DNA of 52,763 nt from Ignavibacteriales bacterium (GTDB lineage: Bacteria; Bacteroidota; Ignavibacteria; UBA10030; UBA6906): positions 1 to 52,763 of the forward strand of contig JBBIRR010000031.1 of the NCBI GenBank assembly GCA_037441705.1, written 5' to 3'. Positions within the stretch are counted from its first letter, which is position 1; each line of letters starts with the position of its first letter. The notes under the pieces are model-generated. The model was not told the origin of the DNA and ran no database searches. It was given only the letters and a program-made list of their open reading frames with translations. This document shows, in pieces, positions 46,988-52,763 of the stretch. The position numbers and the translations under genes were made by a program.

Positions 46988-48820
46988 TCAATCTCGCATT
47001 GTGGTGGAGATGACTTCTTCCAAACTCGTAATACCTGCTTTTGCTAACTCCAGACCCGAGCGGCGCAACGTCCGCATGCCGTCCTTGATCGCAGCTTTGT
47101 TGATGGCACCGATGTCGATACGCTCGCCGCTATCGAGGATGATGTCGCGAATTTCTCGAGTGAAATAGAGCGTCTCGTGGATGGCCGTTCGCCCCTTGAA
47201 GCCTGCGACGCAATGGATGCACCCGACGGGTTCGTAGAGCTGAAGGCTGGCGATCTCGTCTTCAGTAAAGCCGGCTTTCAACAAGACGGCCGGACTCAGG
47301 GGCTTTGCGGGCCGTTTGCAGTTCTCGCACAATCGGCGTACGAGGCGCTGCGCAACGACGATATTGAGTGCTTGAGCGATGAGGAACGGTTCCACACCTA
47401 TCTTGAACAAGCGCGAGACGACGCTTGCAGCATCGTTGGTGTGAAGTGTGGAGAATGTCAAATGGCCCGTGTTGGCAAGCTTGATGGCGATATCCGCCGT
47501 GATGCGGTCGCGGATTTCTCCCACCATCACAATGTCCGGGTCGTGGCGGAGAATTGCCCGCATGGCCTCTTCGAACGACAACTTGTGGTTCAATTTCACC
47601 TGCCGCGCCCCTTCCAGCAAATACTCGACGGGATCCTCGACCGTAATCGTGCACAAGGATGGATTCATCACGGAGCGGAGTGCCGCAACGAGAGTCGTAC
47701 TCTTGCCGCTTCCCGTCGGCCCCGTCAGAATCACCATCCCTTGCGGCTGACTGATGGCCTCTTTGAAACGCTCTAACGAGTACGCATCCAGCCCGAGGGA
47801 TTCCAGCGTCACGGACGCGTCGGCATCGCGCAGAATTCGGATAACGACGGACTCGAATTTGCCCGAGAGTTCCTTTGAGATGATGGGAAGAGTGGACATG
47901 CGGAAGCGAATGATCTCGTCGTCCACAACTTTCTGCGCCTGGCCGTCCTGTGCAGCCATGCGTTCGAAGCGGTCCAGGCCAATGCCGCGACCTTTCACAA
48001 CGGCGACCACCGCCTCGGCGCGTGTGTCCTCAATGGTGTACCAGTGCGTTAGTTGCCCATCAATGCGGAAACTGACTTCCGTCTTTCGTGCCGACTTGGG
48101 AACGATGTGAATATCGCTCGCACGTACGCGCACGGCATCCGTGAAGATGTTGTTGACAAGGTTGATGAGCTGACTGCTGTCGATCTCGCGCTCGAGCGCA
48201 CTATCCAGTTCGGCATCCGATTCCTCCAAGAAGCCGTCACTTACCTTTCCGACGCTGGGGTTCTTTTGCTTCGCGGCCTGATTCCAGAGAAGGTCCCAGT
48301 CGGACTCCTTCATGTAGCAGATCTCGTGTTTGGAATAGGGCAGCGCCCGGGCAACCTCGGCAGCCTCGCGATCGGTCGGGTTAGGGGTCACCACCACCAC
48401 TTTGTCCGGCTGGCCTTCCGCTGTTTCGAACGGCAGCACCTTGTGGCGCATGGCGAGCCGGTACATCGCCGGCGAAAGACCGTCAATCAGTTTCATGATA
48501 TGCGCTGCGTCGAACCGACGGAGACTCCGTTCATTGATATCAACAATCCGGAAGGAATAGAACAGCGCCAGTTCACGGGAAAGAACGTCGCGCGGAACGG
48601 AGAACTCCTCCGCTAACACATCAACGATTCGACGTTTCTCCGTTCCCTTGTGCAGTTGTAGGTACTCGGAGGCCTCATCAGCAACAGCTTCGCTGATGAT
48701 TCTGTTGCGAACAAGATGGTCGAGAAACGCCGATGCGTAGCGCTTCTTGGCCCCATGTCCGATCACAATACTCGCATCGTGTTTGAACTGGGGATCGAGA
48801 ATTGCAGACATACAGGCCAC
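46988..48820 (-). CDS. Second PilB/GspE-type ATPase
   Basis: ASDIH, AQDG, GPTGSGKSTT, VEDPVEY, LRHDPDIVMVGEIRD, CENC...CIHC. Start GTG 48820 or ATG 48811. Confidence 0.9.
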   Translation of the reverse strand: MACMSAILDPQFKHDASIVIGHGAKKRYASAFLDHLVRNRIISEAVADEASEYLQLHKGTEKRRIVDVLAEEFSVPRDVLSRELALFYSFRIVDINERSLRRFDAAHIMKLIDGLSPAMYRLAMRHKVLPFETAEGQPDKVVVVTPNPTDREAAEVARALPYSKHEICYMKESDWDLLWNQAAKQKNPSVGKVSDGFLEESDAELDSALEREIDSSQLINLVNNIFTDAVRVRASDIHIVPKSARKTEVSFRIDGQLTHWYTIEDTRAEAVVAVVKGRGIGLDRFERMAAQDGQAQKVVDDEIIRFRMSTLPIISKELSGKFESVVIRILRDADASVTLESLGLDAYSLERFKEAISQPQGMVILTGPTGSGKSTTLVAALRSVMNPSLCTITVEDPVEYLLEGARQVKLNHKLSFEEAMRAILRHDPDIVMVGEIRDRITADIAIKLANTGHLTFSTLHTNDAASVVSRLFKIGVEPFLIAQALNIVVAQRLVRRLCENCKRPAKPLSPAVLLKAGFTEDEIASLQLYEPVGCIHCVAGFKGRTAIHETLYFTREIRDIILDSGERIDIGAINKAAIKDGMRTLRRSGLELAKAGITSLEEVISTTMRD

Positions 48821-49192
48821 CTAAGCGTGGTTCGAAGTTCTGAATTTCTCCAACACAGCTATTACTTCTCCCACCGGCGCAGTCTTGCTCACAAAGAAGT
48901 CTGCCGACGAGTCGTGCAGCGCTTCTTGCGTGTACGGATCATCGTAGCCGGACATGAAAATAAATGGGATGTCCGATTTGCCGAGGAATTCCCTCACGTA
49001 ACTGTGAAAACGTACCCCATCCAGCGTAGGCATAAAAACGTCGGAGATTATTGCACCCACATGTTCATCCTCGAGCATCTCTCGCGCTTGCTTGCCATCC
49101 CTAGCAATGACTGGGGAGTAGCCATGCGCTGTTAGCAATTCCTGCATCACATGCAGGAAGTCGTCGTTATCGTCAACCAGAAGAACCCTCAT
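48821..49192 (-). CDS. Single-domain response regulator (CheY-like receiver)
   Basis: MRVLLVDDN, IISDVFMPTLDG, FIFMSG, FFVSK. Start at ATG 49192. Confidence 0.9.
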   Translation of the reverse strand: MRVLLVDDNDDFLHVMQELLTAHGYSPVIARDGKQAREMLEDEHVGAIISDVFMPTLDGVRFHSYVREFLGKSDIPFIFMSGYDDPYTQEALHDSSADFFVSKTAPVGEVIAVLEKFRTSNHA

Positions 49193-49364
49193 CGTATCGC
49201 CCAAGTGGTTCGGATTGCCCTTTGACCCAGTTGTGCCAACAAAGGTTACGCCACCTGTGTCAGGGGTTCTTTCGGTCAGGATTGCGTAGTTTCTAACTGG
49301 CGGGATTGAAATTCTTGCCGAGGGGCTGAACAAATTACCTTTCGGCGCAAGCCGTGAGAGAGGC

Positions 49365-49395
49365 AAAAGCCTCGCCGTTTCTTATGGCGAGGCTT
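49365..49395 (-). terminator. Intrinsic terminator after the tRNA
   Basis: Stem AAGCCTCGCC/GGCGAGGCTT running into TTTT on the minus strand. Confidence 0.75.
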
Positions 49396-49407
49396 CTCCG
49401 GGGTGGG

Positions 49408-49481
49408 TGGGCCCTGTAGGACTCGAACCTACGACCAGCGGATTATGAGTCCGCCGCTCTGACCGACTGAGCTAAGGGCCC
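49408..49481 (-). tRNA. tRNA-Ile2 (CAT anticodon, lysidine type); CCA not encoded
   Basis: GGGCCCTTAGCTCAGTCGGTCAGAGCGGCGGACTCATAATCCGCTGGTCGTAGGTTCGAGTCCTACAGGGCCCA folds as a cloverleaf. Acceptor stem and CTCATAA loop resemble ileX rather than Met tRNAs. Followed by CCC. Confidence 0.9.
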
Positions 49482-49498
49482 GCAGGATTTCACGTCAG

Positions 49499-49527
49499 AA
49501 TATACCCAGAAGGCCTTCTAAACTCAA
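49499..49527 (-). promoter_or_regulatory. Putative sigma70 promoter of the tRNA
   Basis: Minus strand TTGAGT-N17-TATATT, ending 17 nt before the tRNA 5' end. Confidence 0.6.
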
Positions 49528-49529
49528 GC

Positions 49530-49558
49530 TTGACTTAGAAATCGAAATCATCTACATT
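49530..49558 (+). promoter_or_regulatory. Putative sigma70 promoter of the Zn-ribbon gene and rpsU
   Basis: TTGACT-N17-TACATT, back-to-back with the tRNA promoter. Confidence 0.55.
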
Positions 49559-49635
49559 GCAAGTGGTAAAGAAACGTCCTGGCACTAACACGCGAAGAGT
49601 GGGGCCGGGCCGTTTCGCAAACGGAGGTTGCACAT

Positions 49636-50028
49636 ATGGCACGGGGAAAAAGCATTTCCCACTACTGTTCGCACTGCGAGCGGGCAACCAAGATGGAACT
49701 GATCGGGCCGGTCGAAAACCAACCCGACAAAACCTGGTATCGTTGTACCCGCTGCCGTCACGCTGTGCTGCTGGATTTGGCTGAGTTGCGGAAGCACGAA
49801 GAGGTTGCAAAACGAAAGATCGAAAGAGCCGAATGCCTCGAATACCGCCCGCAGAATACGTACAAAATCGGCCAGGCGATTTTTCACAGCGAGTGGGATG
49901 ATGTCGGGAAGGTGATTTCAAAAGAAAAGACATCGGGTGGGGCGTCGGCCATTGTCGTCTCGTTCGAACGGCTCGGAGAGCGGCGTCTGCTGGAGAACAT
50001 CGTCAACAACGTAGATAGTCAGGAATAA
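49636..50028 (+). CDS. Hypothetical protein: Zn ribbon plus Tudor/SH3-like domain
   Basis: CSHC...CTRC, then YKIGQAIFHSEWDDVGKV...IVVSFERLGERRL; GGAGG RBS. Confidence 0.7.
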   Translation: MARGKSISHYCSHCERATKMELIGPVENQPDKTWYRCTRCRHAVLLDLAELRKHEEVAKRKIERAECLEYRPQNTYKIGQAIFHSEWDDVGKVISKEKTSGGASAIVVSFERLGERRLLENIVNNVDSQE

Positions 50029-50065
50029 ATGATCATCGTGACCTTTTTGAAGGAGGTGAAAAAGC

Positions 50066-50260
50066 TTGGTCGGCATTGTAGTTTCCGAGAATGAGCCGAT
50101 TGATCGCGCTCTGAAGCGTTTCAAGAAAAAATACGAGCGCTCCGGCGTGCTCAAGGAGTTCAAGAAACGAGCCTACTTTACGAAGCCCTCCGTCAAAAAG
50201 AGACTGAAGAAAGTGAAGGCAATCCGGCGGGCACAACGCGCGCTTGCCGAGCAGATGTAG
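50066..50260 (+). CDS. rpsU: 30S ribosomal protein S21
   Basis: [15 protein letters not shown]...[13 protein letters not shown]; TTG start with AAGGAGGT RBS. Confidence 0.95.
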   Translation: MVGIVVSENEPIDRALKRFKKKYERSGVLKEFKKRAYFTKPSVKKRLKKVKAIRRAQRALAEQM

Positions 50261-50264
50261 ACGA

Positions 50265-50289
50265 AAAACCCGCACACTGTGCGGGTTTT
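50265..50289 (+). terminator. Intrinsic, probably bidirectional, terminator after rpsU
   Basis: AAAACCCGCAC-ACT-GTGCGGGTTTT between convergent genes. Confidence 0.75.
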
Positions 50290-50374
50290 CGGTTTTCCGA
50301 GTGCCTGCTTCCTTGACTATCCCACCTCAGCCCGCAAGAAGCCTTGCCACTCGAATATTCTGCACGTTGGTTCG

Positions 50375-50581
50375 CTACGGGGTGGGCGTCGAGGAGTGTT
50401 CGGCCTTGGCCTGGGCCTTAATCTCTTGGACTTCCTTTCGGATTTCCTGCGCTTTTCGCTTGAGTTCGTTCATGGCCTTGCGAACTCGCGTCCCTGCGGA
50501 TTTGTTGCCCTTGTCATAGAACTTCACAAAATCCTTCTCGAAGCTATTGACGAGGTCCCGCAGCTCCTGAAGTCGGTTCAT
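50375..50581 (-). CDS. Histone H1-like Hc1-family small basic protein
   Basis: KFYDKGNKSAGTRVRKAMNELK...QEIRKEV signature; GGGAGG RBS. Confidence 0.8.
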   Translation of the reverse strand: MNRLQELRDLVNSFEKDFVKFYDKGNKSAGTRVRKAMNELKRKAQEIRKEVQEIKAQAKAEHSSTPTP

Positions 50582-50635
50582 ACATACCTCCCTTATTTAT
50601 GTGTGAAACAAAAGCGGAAGACCTTCCGCCGTTGA

Positions 50636-51742
50636 CTAATTCCGTTTTCGATTGGCGCGCAGATACTCATCGCGCAGCGTCTGAACCAGCGCTTCCCTTC
50701 TGTGGTATAATCGCCTCAGCTTTCTTGGTTTTTTGTTGGCCAGGGCGTATGAAGTAATAATAGGCATGGCGATCGTCGAATCTACGTACGCCACAACTGT
50801 ATCGGGAAGCTGATCAGGATCGACCTTCCCCCAGCTCACGGCTTCCGACGGCGTAGCACCCGAAAGCCCGCCCGTATCCGGTCGGGCATCCGTAATCTGG
50901 ACGAAGAAGTCGTGCCCTTTTTCGTCAATCTTCAACACTTCTTGTATTTGCGGCTCGGTCTGCAGGAGAAAGTTCTTTGGCGAGCCTCCTCCAAAAATCA
51001 AAACCCCGCTCTTTCCTCCTCTTCTCTTCGCATTCAAGACAATGGCTGCAGTCTCGTTCACGTCCAGCAGCGGATCCAACCGCGTGGAGTACCCGGAAAG
51101 CTCCACCTCGGCGATGTTCATTCCAATCGAGCTATCCCCCGGGGATGGCGTGTACACCGGAATACCGCACTTGTACGCCGTGGCCAAAACGCTCGAGTGA
51201 CGTATCCCCAGGACTTTTTCTCTTTCTGCTACGTATCGGCCGAGTCGGTAGTGCAATTCCGCCGTTCCCATCGTCTTCTGGAATTCCTTTTCTCGTACAA
51301 CCGCGCGAAAGAAATCGTCGGTTTTCAAGAGCACGTCATAGTCGAAGAGAATATCATAGATTCGAATAATCCCTTCCCTTCTCAGAACTCTATCATCCAG
51401 GAACGGCGTTCCACGATGCAGTGATTTGCCGATGGCAAAATGCGTGTCGTGGTAGAGGTTGGCGCCCGTACTTACAATCCAATCAACAAAACCTGCCTTC
51501 ATAAGCGGAACGATGCACGAGCCTCCTAAGCCAGCAGGCGTAAGCGCCCCTGTCAAGCTCATGCCGATGGTAACGTCAGGCCTGAGCATTTTTGAGACAA
51601 AGAGGGTGCATGCCTCGCGCAGCCGTCCGGCATTGTAAGCGTGAAAATAGTCGTTGACAAGCTCATTCACCCTAATGTTTTTCGGAATGGGCTTCGGGGT
51701 GATCCGCTGTCCTTGAAGAAACCTACTCTTAGTAACCCTCAT
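50636..51742 (-). CDS. Deoxyhypusine synthase-like protein, probable homospermidine synthase (SpeY-like)
   Basis: [39 protein letters not shown] with the catalytic Lys retained. Confidence 0.85.
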   Translation of the reverse strand: MRVTKSRFLQGQRITPKPIPKNIRVNELVNDYFHAYNAGRLREACTLFVSKMLRPDVTIGMSLTGALTPAGLGGSCIVPLMKAGFVDWIVSTGANLYHDTHFAIGKSLHRGTPFLDDRVLRREGIIRIYDILFDYDVLLKTDDFFRAVVREKEFQKTMGTAELHYRLGRYVAEREKVLGIRHSSVLATAYKCGIPVYTPSPGDSSIGMNIAEVELSGYSTRLDPLLDVNETAAIVLNAKRRGGKSGVLIFGGGSPKNFLLQTEPQIQEVLKIDEKGHDFFVQITDARPDTGGLSGATPSEAVSWGKVDPDQLPDTVVAYVDSTIAMPIITSYALANKKPRKLRRLYHRREALVQTLRDEYLRANRKRN

Positions 51743-51949
51743 TGAAAACAAACGTTGAGGTGAATGAGCTAACTTTGCTTGACCGAAAATATATGAAATG
51801 AGCCCGAAAAAGCAAGGAATTTTTCACGTTTTTTCACAATTCCTGAATTCGCAAATCGTGGACTTCATGGTGGCGGTGGTTATGCCTCCGTTCATTCGGC
51901 TCACATTGAGTTGCAAGTACCGTTGCCAATATCTTTCTCAAAATAGGAC

Positions 51950-51978
51950 TTGACAAGTCGTATTCCATTGCTTATTTT
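51950..51978 (+). promoter_or_regulatory. Putative sigma70 promoter of the fur-feo operon
   Basis: TTGACA-N17-TATTTT. Confidence 0.65.
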
Positions 51979-52000
51979 TATTTAGAATAAATCTAAATAA
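51978..52000. promoter_or_regulatory. Palindromic operator, probable Fur-family box
   Basis: Perfect 9-5-9 inverted repeat TTATTTAGA-ATAAA-TCTAAATAA between the -10 box and the fur ATG. Confidence 0.75.
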
Positions 52001-52006
52001 GATGAG

Positions 52007-52447
52007 ATGGATACCGAAGCCGCCCACGAAATACTCAGAAATCACCTGAGATCCTCCGGGAAGCACCGAGCGACGCCCGAACGTTTTGCCGTTCTCGATG
52101 CTGTGTTGCAGAGTCAGGGCCATTTTGATGCGGAGAGTCTGTATTACCGGATGATCTCAAACGGTGTGAAGGTCTCGAAAGCCACCGTTTACAATACCCT
52201 GGAGCTTCTGCAAGAGTGTGGTTTGGTTTCGAAGTATCGCTTCGCCGAAAGCACGTCGCGCTACGAAAAAGCATTCGGGCGCCCTCACCACCACCACATG
52301 ATTTGCCTGACCTGCGGCGACATTATTGAGTTTGTGAGTGACAGGCTCGAGCGCATACAGGAGGAGATTGCTGAGACGAAGGATTTCAAGATTCAAAGCA
52401 CCACGATCCAAATTTTTGGAACCTGTTCGAAATGCACAAAGAAGTGA
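52007..52447 (+). CDS. fur: Fur family transcriptional repressor
   Basis: TPERFAVL, HFDAESLY, VSKATVYNTLELL, HHHHMICLTCG, C-terminal CSKC. Confidence 0.93.
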   Translation: MDTEAAHEILRNHLRSSGKHRATPERFAVLDAVLQSQGHFDAESLYYRMISNGVKVSKATVYNTLELLQECGLVSKYRFAESTSRYEKAFGRPHHHHMICLTCGDIIEFVSDRLERIQEEIAETKDFKIQSTTIQIFGTCSKCTKK

Positions 52448-52456
52448 GAACGACAC

Positions 52457-52693
52457 ATGGCACACGCTACGCACATCCCGTTGATTGACGCTCCGGTAGG
52501 AGCGCTTGTTCGCATCCGCCGGTTGAATTCTCACCCGGAGCTTTGTTCGCGTTTGCGCGAGCTGGGATTATCCGAAAACATGGTCATCCGCACCATCACG
52601 AAGGGAAGTGGTAACATTATTTGTGAAGTGTACAACACGCGGCTTGGCCTGAATGAAATGCTTGCGCGCGCGATCGTGGTCTCCGCCGTGTAG
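52457..52693 (+). CDS. feoA: Ferrous iron transport protein A
   Basis: 78 aa SH3-like FeoA: RLRELGL...V.NTRLGL...A..IVV. Confidence 0.88.
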   Translation: MAHATHIPLIDAPVGALVRIRRLNSHPELCSRLRELGLSENMVIRTITKGSGNIICEVYNTRLGLNEMLARAIVVSAV

Positions 52694-52700
52694 GAAGTTT

Positions 52701-52763
52701 ATGCGCGAGACACCGTTGAGCCGTCTGATGCCGGGAGACCACGGTACGATCGTCCGCATTGCG
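52701..52763 (+). CDS. Second FeoA-like protein (or FeoA domain), truncated by the window edge
   Basis: MRETPLSRLMPGDHGTIVRIA matches the FeoA N-terminal L..L.PG..G.I..I pattern. Confidence 0.6.
   Translation, partial: MRETPLSRLMPGDHGTIVRIA

Noticed and set aside
49193-49360. Possible c-di-GMP-I riboswitch upstream of the receiver and ATPase 2 (GCAA...GAAA...GGCG)
   Set aside because: The stem around the GAAA tetraloop and the second hairpin do not pair convincingly; an Rfam cmscan would settle it.
35939-49481. Pilus locus as a genomic island integrated at the tRNA-Ile2 3' end
   Set aside because: No integrase or transposase, no duplicated tRNA 3' end seen near 35900, no obvious compositional shift, and the tRNA keeps its own terminator.
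49408-49481. tRNA-Met assignment for the CAT anticodon
   Set aside because: It lacks initiator features (no C1:A72 mismatch, no three consecutive G-C pairs closing the anticodon stem) and resembles Ile2 tRNAs.
51913-51929. Sigma54-like TGGC...TTGC on the minus strand upstream of the DHS-like gene
   Set aside because: The spacer is 8 nt instead of the strict 7.
1-52763. CRISPR arrays, rRNA genes, intact IS elements or prophage genes
   Set aside because: No regularly spaced direct repeats, rRNA-like segments, transposases, integrases or phage structural genes were recognised.

Overview
A roughly 53 kb, GC-rich, mostly chromosomal window. Gene content (DUF4905-like, T9SS-plug-like and Hc1-like proteins) together with canonical sigma70 promoters and Shine-Dalgarno sites suggests an Ignavibacteria-like (FCB group) bacterium; this is inference only. 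Left and middle: TRAP transporter, O-methyltransferase, GHL10 hydrolase, radA, a PemK/MazF toxin-antitoxin pair, nucleoside deaminase, PQ-loop protein, rdgB, PhzF-family protein, FadF/HdrD-like Fe-S protein, M48 peptidase, TonB, DEAD-box helicase, a TolC-MacA-MacB-type efflux operon with an ECF-type promoter, CCA-adding enzyme, GnnA-like oxidoreductase, rlmI and uvrA. Right: a 13 kb minus-strand type IV filament locus (35939-49192), then tRNA-Ile2(CAT), rpsU, an Hc1-like gene, a deoxyhypusine-synthase-like gene and fur-feoA-feoA with a perfect operator palindrome. The most unusual element is the filament locus. Its two pilin-like subunits begin MG(Q/S)QQLLL with no class III leader, no Phe+1 and no Glu+5, and in-frame stops fix those starts. 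No prepilin peptidase lies in the window, the alignment complex appears condensed to PilM-PilN and PilO-PilP fusions, the secretin is very short, and there are two PilB-type ATPases. Several intergenic spacers also appear to hold decayed remnants of toxin-antitoxin or REP/RAYT modules. All family calls come from motif recognition by eye; no searches were run.
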